Assembly: GCA_964016885.1 (NCBI GenBank) | Contig: OZ024766.1 | Span: forward strand, 11,966,001-12,030,000 | Length of the DNA stretch: 64,000 nt | Source: Eledone cirrhosa | Taxonomy: Eukaryota | Direction: 5' to 3' | In this document: positions 22,801-37,800 of the stretch, in pieces | How positions within the stretch are numbered: the stretch's first letter is position 1 | Layout: each line of letters starts with the position of its first letter | The notes under the pieces: generated by a model | What the model was told of the DNA's origin: nothing | Seen by the model: the letters and a program-made list of their open reading frames with translations, nothing else | Databases searched by the model: none | Position numbers and translations under genes: made by a program

Positions 22801-25800
22801 TACAGTGTGGACTGGGAGCTGTTTGCTGTGTCTCTTACATGACCACTTTACAGTGTGGACTGGGTGCTTTTGCTGTGTCTCCTACATGACCACTTTATAG
22901 TGTGGACCGGGTGCTGTTTGCTGTGTCTTTTACATGACCACTTTACAGTGTGGACTGGGTGCTGTTTGCTGTGTCTCCTACATGACCACTTTACAGTGTG
23001 GACTGGGAGCTGTTTGCTGTGTCTCCTACATGACCACTTTACAGTGTGGACTGGGTGCTGTTTGCTGTGTCTTTTACATGACCACTTTACAGTGTGGACT
23101 GGGTGCTGTTTGCTGTGTCTCCTACACGACCACTTTACAGTGTGGACTGGGTGCTGTTTGCTGTGTCTCCTACATGACCACTTTACAGTGTGGACTGGGT
23201 GCTGTTTGCTGTGTCTTTTACATGTCCCCTTTACAGTGTCGACTGGGAGCTGTTTGCTGTGTCTTTTACATGACCACTTTACATTGTGGACTGGGTGCTG
23301 TTTGCTGTGTCTGCTACATGACCAATCTACAGTGTGGACTGGGTGCTGTTTGCTGTGTCTCCCACATGACCACTTTACAGTGGGCTGGGTGCTGTTTGCT
23401 GTGTCTCCTACATGACCACTTTACAGTGTGGACTGGGTGCTGTTTGCTGTGTCTCCTACATGACCACTTTACAGTGTGGACTGGGTGATGTTTGCTGTGT
23501 CTCCTACATGACCACTTTACAGTGTGGACTGGGAGCTGTTTACTGTGTCTCCTACATGACCCCTTTACAGTGTGGACTGGGAGCTGTTTGCTGTGTCTCC
23601 TACATGACCACTTTACAGTGTGGACTGGGTGCTGTTTGCTGTGTCTCCTACATGACCACTTTACAGTGTGGACTGGGAGCTGTTTGCTGTGTCTCTTACA
23701 TGACCACTTTACAGTGTGGACTGGGTGCTTTTGCTGTGTCTCCTACATGACCACTTTATAGTGTGGACCGGGTGCTGTTTGCTGTGTCTTTTACATGACC
23801 ACTTTACAGTGTGGACTGGGTGCTGTTTGCTGTGTCTCCTACATGACCACTTTACAGTGTGGACTGGGAGCTGTTTGCTGTGTCTCCCACATGACCACAT
23901 TACAGTGTGGACTGGGTGCTGTTTGCTGTGTCTTTTACATGACCACTTTACAGTGTGGACTGGGTGCTGTTTGCTGTGTCTCTTACACGACCACTTTACA
24001 GTGTGGACTGGGTGCTGTTTGCTGTGTCTCCTACATGACCACTTTACAGTGTGGACTGGGTGCTGTTTGCTGTGTCTTTTACATGTCCCCTTTACAGTGT
24101 CGACTGGGAGCTGTTTGCTGTGTCTTTTACATGACCACTTTACAGTGTGGACTGGGTGCTTTTGCTGTGTCTCCTACATGACCACTTTATAGTGTGGACC
24201 GGGTGCTGTTTGCTGTGTCTTTTACATGACCACTTTACAGTGTGGACTGGGTGCTGTTTGCTGTGTCTCCTACATGACCACTTTACAGTGTGGACTGGGA
24301 GCTGTTTGCTGTGTCTCCTACATGACCACTTTACAGTGTGGACTGGGTGCTGTTTGCTGTGTCTTTTACATGACCACTTTACAGTGTGGACTGGGTGCTG
24401 TTTGCTGTGTCTCCTACACAACCACTTTACAGTGTGGACTGGGTGCTGTTTGCTGTGTCTCCTACATGACCACTTTACAGTGTGGACTGGGAGCTGTGTG
24501 CTGTGTCTCCTACATGACCACTTTACAGTGTGGACTGGGTGCTGTTTGCTGTGTCTCCTACATGACCACTTTACAGTGTGGGCTGGGTGCTGTTTGCTGT
24601 GTCTCCTACATGACCACTTTACAGTGTGGACTGGGTGCTGTTTGCTGTGTCTCCTACATGACCACTTTACAGTGTGGGCTGGGTGCTGTTTGCTGTGTCT
24701 TTTACATGACCACTTTACAGTGTGGACTGGGTGCTGTTTGCTGTGTCTCCTACATGACCACTTTACAGTGTGGACTGGGAGCTGTTTGCTGTGTCTCCTA
24801 CATGACCACTTTACAGTGTGGACTGGGAGCTGTTTACTGTGTCTCCTACATGACCCCTTTACAGTGTGGGCTGGGTGCTGTTTGCTGTGTCTTTTACATG
24901 ACCACTTTACAGTGTGGACTGGGAGCTGTTTGCTGTGTCTCCTACATGACCACTTTACAGTGTGGGCTGGGTGCTGTTTGCTGTGTCTCCTACATGACCA
25001 CTTTACAGTGTGGACTGGGTGCTGTTTGCTGTGTCTCCTACATTACCACTTTACAGTGTGGACTGGGAGCTGTTTGCTGTGTCTCCTACATGACCACTTT
25101 ACAGTGTGGACTGGGAGCTGTTTGCTGTGTCTTTTACATGACCACTTTACAGTGTGGACTGGGTGCTGTTTGCTGTGTCTCCTACATGACCACTTTACAG
25201 TGTGGACTGGGAGCTGTTTGCTGTGTCTCCTACATGACCACTTTACAGTGTGGACTGGGTCCTGTTTGCTGTGTCTCCTACATGACCACTTTACAGTGTG
25301 GACTGGGAGCTGTTTGCTGTGTCTCCTACATGACCCCTTTACAGTGTGGACTGGGAGCTGTTTGCTGTGTCTTTTACATGACCACTTTACAGTGTGGGCT
25401 GGGTGCTGTTTGCTGTGTCTCCTACATGACCCCTTTACAGTGTGGACTGGGAGCTGTTTGCTGTGTCTCCTACATGACCACTTTACAGTGTGGACTGGGT
25501 GCTGTTTGCTGTGTCTCCTACATGACCCCTTTACAGTGTGGACTGGGAGCTGTTTGCTGTGTCTCCTACATGACCCCTTTACAGTGTGGACTGGGAGCTG
25601 TTTGCTGTGTCTCCTACATGACCCCTTTACAGTGTGGACTGGGTGCTGTTTGCTGTGTCTTTTACATGACCACTTTACAGTGTGGACTGGGTGCTGTTTG
25701 CTGTGTCTTTTACATGACCACTTTACAGTGTGGGCTGGGTGCTGTTTGCTGTGTCTTTTACATGACCACTTTACAGTGTGGGCTGGGTGCTGTTTGCTGT

Positions 25801-28800
25801 GTCTTTTACATGACCACTTTACAGTGTGGGCTGGGTGCTGTTTGCTGTGTCTCCTACATGACCACTTTACAGTGTGGACTGGGAGCTGTTTGCTGTGTCT
25901 TTTACATGACCACTTTACAGTGTGGGCTGGGTGCTGTTTGCTGTGTCTCCTACATGACCCCTTTACAGTGTGGACTGGGTGCTGTTTGCTGTGTCTTTTA
26001 CATGACCACTTTACAGTGTGGACTGGGTGCTGTTTGCTGTGTCTTTTACATGACCACTTTACAGTGTGGGCTGGGTGCTGTTTGCTGTGTCTTTTACATG
26101 ACCACTTTACAGTGTGGGCTGGGTGCTGTTTGCTGTGTCTTTTACATGACCACTTTACAGTGTGGGCTGGGTGCTGTTTGCTGTGTCTCCTACATGACCC
26201 CTTTACAGTGTGGACTGGGTGCTGTTTGCTGTGTCTTTTACATGACCACTTTACAGTGTGGACTGGGTGCTGTTTGCTGTGTCTTTTACATGACCACTTT
26301 ACAGTGTGGGCTGGGTGCTGTTTGCTGTGTCTTTTACATGACCACTTTACAGTGTGGGCTGGGTGCTGTTTGCTGTGTCTTTTACATGACCACTTTACAG
26401 TGTGGGCTGGGTGCTGTTTGCTGTGTCTCCTACATGACCACTTTACAGTGTGGACTGGGAGCTGTTTGCTGTGTCTCCTACATGACCACTTTACAGTGTG
26501 GACTGGGTGCTGTTTGCTGTGTCTCCTACATGACCACTTTACAGTGTGGGCTGGGTGCTGTTTGCTGTGTCTCCTACATGACCACTTTACAGTGTGGACT
26601 GGGTGCTGTTTGCTGTGTCTCCTACATGACCACTTTACAGTGTGGGCTGGGTGCTGTTTGCTGTGTCTTTTACATGACCACTTTACAGTGTGGACTGGGT
26701 GCTGTTTGCTGTGTCTCCTACATGACCACTTTACAGTGTGGACTGGGAGCTGTTTGCTGTGTCTCCTACATGACCACTTTACAGTGTGGACTGGGAGCTG
26801 TTTACTGTGTCTCCTACATGACCCCTTTACAGTGTGGGCTGGGTGCTGTTTGCTGTGTCTTTTACATGACCACTTTACAGTGTGGACTGGGAGCTGTTTG
26901 CTGTGTCTCCTACATGACCACTTTACAGTGTGGGCTGGGTGCTGTTTGCTGTGTCTCCTACATGACCACTTTACAGTGTGGACTGGGTGCTGTTTGCTGT
27001 GTCTCCTACATTACCACTTTACAGTGTGGACTGGGAGCTGTTTGCTGTGTCTCCTACATGACCACTTTACAGTGTGGACTGGGAGCTGTTTGCTGTGTCT
27101 TTTACATGACCACTTTACAGTGTGGACTGGGTGCTGTTTGCTGTGTCTCCTACATGACCACTTTACAGTGTGGACTGGGAGCTGTTTGCTGTGTCTCCTA
27201 CATGACCACTTTACAGTGTGGACTGGGTCCTGTTTGCTGTGTCTCCTACATGACCACTTTACAGTGTGGACTGGGAGCTGTTTGCTGTGTCTCCTACATG
27301 ACCCCTTTACAGTGTGGACTGGGAGCTGTTTGCTGTGTCTTTTACATGACCACTTTACAGTGTGGGCTGGGTGCTGTTTGCTGTGTCTCCTACATGACCC
27401 CTTTACAGTGTGGACTGGGAGCTGTTTGCTGTGTCTCCTACATGACCACTTTACAGTGTGGACTGGGTGCTGTTTGCTGTGTCTCCTACATGACCCCTTT
27501 ACAGTGTGGACTGGGAGCTGTTTGCTGTGTCTCCTACATGACCCCTTTACAGTGTGGACTGGGAGCTGTTTGCTGTGTCTCCTACATGACCCCTTTACAG
27601 TGTGGACTGGGTGCTGTTTGCTGTGTCTTTTACATGACCACTTTACAGTGTGGACTGGGTGCTGTTTGCTGTGTCTTTTACATGACCACTTTACAGTGTG
27701 GGCTGGGTGCTGTTTGCTGTGTCTTTTACATGACCACTTTACAGTGTGGGCTGGGTGCTGTTTGCTGTGTCTTTTACATGACCACTTTACAGTGTGGGCT
27801 GGGTGCTGTTTGCTGTGTCTCCTACATGACCACTTTACAGTGTGGACTGGGAGCTGTTTGCTGTGTCTTTTACATGACCACTTTACAGTGTGGGCTGGGT
27901 GCTGTTTGCTGTGTCTCCTACATGACCCCTTTACAGTGTGGACTGGGTGCTGTTTGCTGTGTCTTTTACATGACCACTTTACAGTGTGGACTGGGTGCTG
28001 TTTGCTGTGTCTTTTACATGACCACTTTACAGTGTGGGCTGGGTGCTGTTTGCTGTGTCTTTTACATGACCACTTTACAGTGTGGGCTGGGTGCTGTTTG
28101 CTGTGTCTTTTACATGACCACTTTACAGTGTGGGCTGGGTGCTGTTTGCTGTGTCTCCTACATGACCCCTTTACAGTGTGGACTGGGTGCTGTTTGCTGT
28201 GTCTTTTACATGACCACTTTACAGTGTGGACTGGGTGCTGTTTGCTGTGTCTTTTACATGACCACTTTACAGTGTGGGCTGGGTGCTGTTTGCTGTGTCT
28301 TTTACATGACCACTTTACAGTGTGGGCTGGGTGCTGTTTGCTGTGTCTTTTACATGACCACTTTACAGTGTGGGCTGGGTGCTGTTTGCTGTGTCTCCTA
28401 CATGACCACTTTACAGTGTGGACTGGGAGCTGTTTGCTGTGTCTTTTACATGACCACTTTACAGTGTGGGCTGGGTGCTGTTTGCTGTGTCTCCTACATG
28501 ACCCCTTTACAGTGTGGACTGGGTGCTGTTTGCTGTGTCTTTTACATGACCACTTTACAGTGTGGACTGGGTGCTGTTTGCTGTGTCTTTTACATGACCA
28601 CTTTACAGTGTGGACTGGGTGCTGTTTGCTGTGTCTTTTACATGACCACTTTACAGTGTGGACTGGGTGCTGTTTGCTGTGTCTTTTACATGACCACTTT
28701 ACAGTGTGGACTGGGAGCTGTTTGCTGTGTCTCCTACATGACCACTTTACAGTGTGGACTGAGTGCTGTTTACTGTGTCTCCTACATGACCACTTTACAG

Positions 28801-31800
28801 TGTGGACTGGGTGCTGTTTGCTGTGTCTTTTACATGACCACTTTACAGTGTGGACTGGGAGCTGTTTGCTGTGTCTTTTACATGACCACTTTACAGTGTG
28901 GGCTGGGTGCTGTTTGCTGTGTCTCCTACATGAACCCTTTACAGTGTGGACTGGGTGCTGTTTGCTGTGTCTTTTACATGACCACTTTACAGTGTGGACT
29001 GGGTGCTGTTTGCTGTGTCTTTTACATGACCACTTTACAGTGTGGACTGGGTGCTGTTTGCTGTGTCTTTTACATGACCACTTTACAGTGTGGACTGGGT
29101 GCTGTTTGCTGTGTCTTTTACATGACCACTTTACAGTGTGGACTGGGAGCTGTTTGCTGTGTCTCCTACATGACCACTTTACAGTGTGGACTGGGTGCTG
29201 TTTACTGTGTCTCCTACATGACCACTTTACAGTGTGGACTGGGTGCTGTTTGCTGTGTCTTTTACATGACCACTTTACAGTGTGGACTGGGAGCTGTTTG
29301 CTGTGTCTCCTACATGACCACTTTACAGTGTGGACTGGGTGCTGTTTGCTGTGTCTCCTACATGACCACTTTACAGTGTGGACTGGGTGCTGTTTGCTGT
29401 GTCTCCTACATGACCACTTTACAGTGTGGACTGGGTGCTGTTTGCTGTGTCTTTTACATGACCACTTTACAGTGTGGACTGGGAGCTGTTTGCTGTGTCT
29501 CCTACATGACCACTTTACAGTTTGGACTGGGAGCTGTTTGCTGTGTCTCCTACATGACCACTTTACAGTGTGGACTGGGTGCTGTTTGCTGTGTCTCCTA
29601 CATGACCACTTTATAGTGTGGACCGGGTGCTGTTTGCTGTGTCTCCTACACGACCACTTTACAGTGTGGACTGGGTGCTGTTTTCTGTGTCTCCTACACG
29701 ACCACTTTACAGTGTGGACTGGGTGCTGTTTGCTGTGTCTCCTACACGACCACTTTATAGTGTGGACCGGGTGCTGTTTGCTGTGTCTCCCACATGACCA
29801 CATTACAGTGTGGACTGGGTGCTGTTTGCTGTGTCTTTTACATGACCACTTTACAGTGTGGACTGGGTGCTGTTTGCTGTGTCTCTTACACGACCACTTT
29901 ACAGTGTGGACTGGGTGCTGTTTGCTGTGTCTCCTACATGACCACTTTACAGTGTGGACTGGGTGCTGTTTGCTGTGTCTTTTACATGTCCCCTTTACAG
30001 TGTCGACTGGGAGCTGTTTGCTGTGTCTTTTACATGACCACTTTACAGTGTGGACTGGGTGCTTTTGCTGTGTCTCCTACATGACCACTTTATAGTGTGG
30101 ACCGGGTGCTGTTTGCTGTGTCTTTTACATGACCACTTTACAGTGTGGACTGGGTGCTGTTTGCTGTGTCTCCTACATGACCACTTTACAGTGTGGACTG
30201 GGAGCTGTTTGCTGTGTCTCCTACATGACCACTTTACAGTGTGGACTGGGTGCTGTTTGCTGTGTCTTTTACATGACCACTTTACAGTGTGGACTGGGTG
30301 CTGTTTGCTGTGTCTCCTACACAACCACTTTACAGTGTGGACTGGGTGCTGTTTGCTGTGTCTCCTACATGACCACTTTACAGTGTGGACTGGGAGCTGT
30401 TTGCTGTGTCTCCTACATGACCACTTTACAGTGTGGACTGGGTGCTGTTTGCTGTGTCTCCTACATGACCACTTTACAGTGTGGGCTGGGTGCTGTTTGC
30501 TGTGTCTCCTACATGACCACTTTACAGTGTGGACTGGGTGCTGTTTGCTGTGTCTCCTACATGACCACTTTACAGTGTGGACTGGGTGCTGTTTGCTGTG
30601 TCTCCTACATGACCACTTTACAGTGTGGACTGGGTGCTGTTTGCTGTGTCTCCTACATGACCACTTTACAGTGTGGACTGGGTGCTGTTTACTGTGTCTC
30701 CCACATGACCACTTTACAGTGTGGACTGGGAGCTGTTTGCTGTGTCTCCTACATGACCACTTTACAGTGTGGACTGGGTGCTGTTTGCTGTGTCTCCTAC
30801 ATGACCACTTTACAGTGTGGACTGGGTGCTGTTTGCTGTGTCTCCTACATGACCACTTTTCAGTGTGGACTGGGTGCTGTTTGCTGTGTCTCCTACATGA
30901 CCCCTTTACAGTGTGGACTGGGTGCTGTTTGCTGTGTCTTTTACATGACCACTTTACAGTGTGGACTGGGAGCTGTTTGCTGTCTCCTACATGACCACTT
31001 TACAGTGTGGGCTGGGTGCTGTTTGCTGTGTCTTTTACATGACCACTTTACAGTGTGGACTGGGAGCTGTTTGCTGTGTCTCCTACATGACCACTTTACA
31101 GTGTGGGCTGGGTGCTGTTTGCTGTGTCTCCTACATGACCACTTTACAGTGTGGACTGGGTGCTGTTTGCTGTGTCTCCTACATTACCACTTTACAGTGT
31201 GGACTGGGAGCTGTTTGCTGTGTCTCCTACATGACCACTTTACAGTGTGGACTGGGAGCTGTTTGCTGTGTCTTTTACATGACCACTTTACAGTGTGGAC
31301 TGGGTGCTGTTTGCTGTGTCTCCTACATGACCACTTTACAGTGTGGACTGGGAGCTGTTTGCTGTGTCTCCTACATGACCACTTTACAGTGTGGACTGGG
31401 TCCTGTTTGCTGTGTCTCCTACATGACCACTTTACAGTGTGGACTGGGAGCTGTTTGCTGTGTCTCCTACATGACCCCTTTACAGTGTGGACTGGGAGCT
31501 GTTTGCTGTGTCTTTTACATGACCACTTTACAGTGTGGGCTGGGTGCTGTTTGCTGTGTCTCCTACATGACCCCTTTACAGTGTGGACTGGGAGCTGTTT
31601 GCTGTGTCTCCTCCATGACCACTTTACAGTGTGGACTGGGTGCTGTTTGCTGTGTCTCCTACATGACCCCTTTACAGTGTGGACTGGGAGCTGTTTGCTG
31701 TGTCTCCTACATGACCCCTTTACAGTGTGGACTGGGAGCTGTTTGCTGTGTCTCCTACATGACCCCTTTACAGTGTGGACTGGGTGCTGTTTGCTGTGTC

Positions 31801-34800
31801 TTTTACATGACCACTTTACAGTGTGGACTGGGTGCTGTTTGCTGTGTCTTTTACATGACCACTTTACAGTGTGGGCTGGGTGCTGTTTGCTGTGTCTTTT
31901 ACATGACCACTTTACAGTGTGGGCTGGGTGCTGTTTGCTGTGTCTTTTACATGACCACTTTACAGTGTGGGCTGGGTGCTGTTTGCTGTGTCTCCTACAT
32001 GACCACTTTACAGTGTGGACTGGGAGCTGTTTGCTGTGTCTTTTACATGACCACTTTACAGTGTGGGCTGGGTGCTGTTTGCTGTGTCTCCTACATGACC
32101 CCTTTACAGTGTGGACTGGGTGCTGTTTGCTGTGTCTTTTACATGACCACTTTACAGTGTGGACTGGGTGCTGTTTGCTGTGTCTTTTACATGACCACTT
32201 TACAGTGTGGGCTGGGTGCTGTTTGCTGTGTCTTTTACATGACCACTTTACAGTGTGGGCTGGGTGCTGTTTGCTGTGTCTTTTACATGACCACTTTACA
32301 GTGTGGGCTGGGTGCTGTTTGCTGTGTCTCCTACATGACCCCTTTACAGTGTGGACTGGGTGCTGTTTGCTGTGTCTTTTACATGACCACTTTACAGTGT
32401 GGACTGGGTGCTGTTTGCTGTGTCTTTTACATGACCACTTTACAGTGTGGGCTGGGTGCTGTTTGCTGTGTCTTTTACATGACCACTTTACAGTGTGGGC
32501 TGGGTGCTGTTTGCTGTGTCTTTTACATGACCACTTTACAGTGTGGGCTGGGTGCTGTTTGCTGTGTCTCCTACATGACCACTTTACAGTGTGGACTGGG
32601 AGCTGTTTGCTGTGTCTTTTACATGACCACTTTACAGTGTGGGCTGGGTGCTGTTTGCTGTGTCTCCTACATGACCCCTTTACAGTGTGGACTGGGTGCT
32701 GTTTGCTGTGTCTTTTACATGACCACTTTACAGTGTGGACTGGGTGCTGTTTGCTGTGTCTTTTACATGACCACTTTACAGTGTGGACTGGGTGCTGTTT
32801 GCTGTGTCTTTTACATGACCACTTTACAGTGTGGACTGGGTGCTGTTTGCTGTGTCTTTTACATGACCACTTTACAGTGTGGACTGGGAGCTGTTTGCTG
32901 TGTCTCCTACATGACCACTTTACAGTGTGGACTGAGTGCTGTTTACTGTGTCTCCTACATGACCACTTTACAGTGTGGACTGGGTGCTGTTTGCTGTGTC
33001 TTTTACATGACCACTTTACAGTGTGGACTGGGAGCTGTTTGCTGTGTCTTTTACATGACCACTTTACAGTGTGGGCTGGGTGCTGTTTGCTGTGTCTCCT
33101 ACATGAACCCTTTACAGTGTGGACTGGGTGCTGTTTGCTGTGTCTTTTACATGACCACTTTACAGTGTGGACTGGGTGCTGTTTGCTGTGTCTTTTACAT
33201 GACCACTTTACAGTGTGGACTGGGTGCTGTTTGCTGTGTCTTTTACATGACCACTTTACAGTGTGGACTGGGTGCTGTTTGCTGTGTCTTTTACATGACC
33301 ACTTTACAGTGTGGACTGGGAGCTGTTTGCTGTGTCTCCTACATGACCACTTTACAGTGTGGACTGGGTGCTGTTTACTGTGTCTCCTACATGACCACTT
33401 TACAGTGTGGACTGGGTGCTGTTTGCTGTGTCTTTTACATGACCACTTTACAGTGTGGACTGGGAGCTGTTTGCTGTGTCTCCTACATGACCACTTTACA
33501 GTGTGGACTGGGTGCTGTTTGCTGTGTCTCCTACATGACCACTTTACAGTGTGGACTGGGTGCTGTTTGCTGTGTCTCCTACATGACCACTTTACAGTGT
33601 GGACTGGGTGCTGTTTGCTGTGTCTTTTACATGACCACTTTACAGTGTGGACTGGGAGCTGTTTGCTGTGTCTCCTACATGACCACTTTACAGTTTGGAC
33701 TGGGAGCTGTTTGCTGTGTCTCCTACATGACCACTTTACAGTGTGGACTGGGTGCTGTTTGCTGTGTCTCCTACATGACCACTTTATAGTGTGGACCGGG
33801 TGCTGTTTGCTGTGTCTCCTACATGACCACTTTACAGTGTGGACTGGGTGCTGTTTGCTGTGTCTCCTACACGACCACTTTACAGTGTGGACTGGGTGCT
33901 GTTTGCTGTGTCTCCTACACGACCACTTTATAGTGTGGACCGGGTGCTGTTTGCTGTGTCTCCCACATGACCACATTACAGTGTGGACTGGGTGCTGTTT
34001 GCTGTGTCTTTTACATGACCACTTTACAGTGTGGACTGGGTGCTGTTTGCTGTGTCTCTTACACGACCACTTTACAGTGTGGACTGGGTGCTGTTTGCTG
34101 TGTCTCCTACATGACCACTTTACAGTGTGGACTGGGTGCTGTTTGCTGTGTCTTTTACATGTCCCCTTTACAGTGTCGACTGGGAGCTGTTTGCTGTGTC
34201 TTTTACATGACCACTTTACAGTGTGGACTGGGTGCTTTTGCTGTGTCTCCTACATGACCACTTTATAGTGTGGACCGGGTGCTGTTTGCTGTGTCTTTTA
34301 CATGACCACTTTACAGTGTGGACTAGGTGCTGTTTGCTGTGTCTCCTACATGACCACTTTACAGTGTGGACTGGGAGCTGTTTGCTGTGTCTCCTACATG
34401 ACCACTTTACAGTGTGGACTGGGTGCTGTTTGCTGTGTCTTTTACATGACCACTTTACAGTGTGGACTGGGTGCTGTTTGCTGTGTCTCCTACACAACCA
34501 CTTTACAGTGTGGACTGGGTGCTGTTTGCTGTGTCTCCTACATGACCACTTTACAGTGTGGACTGGGAGCTGTTTGCTGTGTCTCCTACATGACCACTTT
34601 ACAGTGTGGACTGGGTGCTGTTTGCTGTGTCTCCTACATGACCACTTTACAGTGTGGGCTGGGTGCTGTTTGCTGTGTCTCCTACATGACCACTTTACAG
34701 TGTGGACTGGGTGCTGTTTGCTGTGTCTCCTACATGACCACTTTACAGTGTGGGCTGGGTGCTGTTTGCTGTGTCTTTTACATGACCACTTTACAGTGTG

Positions 34801-37800
34801 GACTGGGTGCTGTTTGCTGTGTCTCCTACATGACCACTTTACAGTGTGGACTGGGAGCTGTTTGCTGTGTCTCCTACATGACCACTTTACAGTGTGGACT
34901 GGGAGCTGTTTACTGTGTCTCCTACATGACCCCTTTACAGTGTGGACTGGGAGCTGTTTGCTGTGTCTCCTACATGACCACTTTACAGTGTGGACTGGGT
35001 GCTGTTTGCTGTGTCTCCTACATGACCACTTTACAGTGTGGACTGGGAGCTGTTTGCTGTGTCTCTTACATGACCACTTTACAGTGTGGACTGGGTGCTT
35101 TTGCTGTGTCTCCTACATGACCACTTTATAGTGTGGACCGGGTGCTGTTTGCTGTGTCTTTTACATGACCACTTTACAGTGTGGACTGGGTGCTGTTTGC
35201 TGTGTCTCCTACATGACCACTTTACAGTGTGGACTGGGAGCTGTTTGCTGTGTCTCCTACATGACCACTTTACAGTGTGGACTGGGTGCTGTTTGCTGTG
35301 TCTTTTACATGACCACTTTACAGTGTGGACTGGGTGCTGTTTGCTGTGTCTCCTACACGACCACTTTACAGTGTGGACTGGGTGCTGTTTGCTGTGTCTC
35401 CTACATGACTACTTTACAGTGTGGACTGGGTGCTGTTTGCTGTGTCTTTTACATGTCCCCTTTACAGTGTCGACTGGGAGCTGTTTGCTGTGTCTTTTAC
35501 ATGACCACTTTACATTGTGGACTGGGTGCTGTTTGCTGTGTCTGCTACATGACCAATCTACAGTGTGGACTGGGTGCTGTTTGCTGTGTCTCCCACATGA
35601 CCACTTTACAGTGGGCTGGGTGCTGTTTGCTGTGTCTCCTACATGACCACTTTACAGTGTGGACTGGGTGCTGTTTGCTGTGTCTCCTACATGACCACTT
35701 TACAGTGTGGACTGGGTGATGTTTGCTGTGTCTCCTACATGACCACTTTACAGTGTGGACTGGGAGCTGTTTACTGTGTCTCCTACATGACCCCTTTACA
35801 GTGTGGACTGGGAGCTGTTTGCTGTGTCTCCTACATGACCACTTTACAGTGTGGACTGGGTGCTGTTTGCTGTGTCTCCTACATGACCACTTTACAGTGT
35901 GGACTGGGAGCTGTTTGCTGTGTCTCTTACATGACCACTTTACAGTGTGGACTGGGTGCTTTTGCTGTGTCTCCTACATGACCACTTTATAGTGTGGACC
36001 GGGTGCTGTTTGCTGTGTCTTTTACATGACCACTTTACAGTGTGGACTGGGTGCTGTTTGCTGTGTCTCCTACATGACCACTTTACAGTGTGGACTGGGA
36101 GCTGTTTGCTGTGTCTCCCACATGACCACATTACAGTGTGGACTGGGTGCTGTTTGCTGTGTCTTTTACATGACCACTTTACAGTGTGGACTGGGTGCTG
36201 TTTGCTGTGTCTCTTACACGACCACTTTACAGTGTGGACTGGGTGCTGTTTGCTGTGTCTCCTACATGACCACTTTACAGTGTGGACTGGGTGCTGTTTG
36301 CTGTGTCTTTTACATGTCCCCTTTACAGTGTCGACTGGGAGCTGTTTGCTGTGTCTTTTACATGACCACTTTACAGTGTGGACTGGGTGCTTTTGCTGTG
36401 TCTCCTACATGACCACTTTATAGTGTGGACCGGGTGCTGTTTGCTGTGTCTTTTACATGACCACTTTACAGTGTGGACTGGGTGCTGTTTGCTGTGTCTC
36501 CTACATGACCACTTTACAGTGTGGACTGGGAGCTGTTTGCTGTGTCTCCTACATGACCACTTTACAGTGTGGACTGGGTGCTGTTTGCTGTGTCTTTTAC
36601 ATGACCACTTTACAGTGTGGACTGGGTGCTGTTTGCTGTGTCTCCTACACAACCACTTTACAGTGTGGACTGGGTGCTGTTTGCTGTGTCTCCTACATGA
36701 CCACTTTACAGTGTGGACTGGGAGCTGTTTGCTGTGTCTCCTACATGACCACTTTACAGTGTGGACTGGGTGCTGTTTGCTGTGTCTCCTACATGACCAC
36801 TTTACAGTGTGGGCTGGGTGCTGTTTGCTGTGTCTCCTACATGACCACTTTACAGTGTGGACTGGGTGCTGTTTGCTGTGTCTCCTACATGACCACTTTA
36901 CAGTGTGGGCTGGGTGCTGTTTGCTGTGTCTTTTACATGACCACTTTACAGTGTGGACTGGGTGCTGTTTGCTGTGTCTCCTACATGACCACTTTACAGT
37001 GTGGACTGGGAGCTGTTTGCTGTGTCTCCTACATGACCACTTTACAGTGTGGACTGGGAGCTGTTTACTGTGTCTCCTACATGACCCCTTTACAGTGTGG
37101 ACTGGGAGCTGTTTGCTGTGTCTCCTACATGACCACTTTACAGTGTGGACTGGGTGCTGTTTGCTGTGTCTCCTACATGACCACTTTACAGTGTGGACTG
37201 GGAGCTGTTTGCTGTGTCTCTTACATGACCACTTTACAGTGTGGACTGGGTGCTTTTGCTGTGTCTCCTACATGACCACTTTATAGTGTGGACCGGGTGC
37301 TGTTTGCTGTGTCTTTTACATGACCACTTTACAGTGTGGACTGGGTGCTGTTTGCTGTGTCTCCTACATGACCACTTTACAGTGTGGACTGGGAGCTGTT
37401 TGCTGTGTCTCCTACATGACCACTTTACAGTGTGGACTGGGTGCTGTTTGCTGTGTCTTTTACATGACCACTTTACAGTGTGGACTGGGTGCTGTTTGCT
37501 GTGTCTCCTACACGACCACTTTACAGTGTGGACTGGGTGCTGTTTGCTGTGTCTCCTACATGACCACTTTACAGTGTGGACTGGGTGCTGTTTGCTGTGT
37601 CTTTTACATGTCCCCTTTACAGTGTCGACTGGGAGCTGTTTGCTGTGTCTTTTACATGACCACTTTACATTGTGGACTGGGTGCTGTTTGCTGTGTCTGC
37701 TACATGACCAATCTACAGTGTGGACTGGGTGCTGTTTGCTGTGTCTCCCACATGACCACTTTACAGTGGGCTGGGTGCTGTTTGCTGTGTCTCCTACATG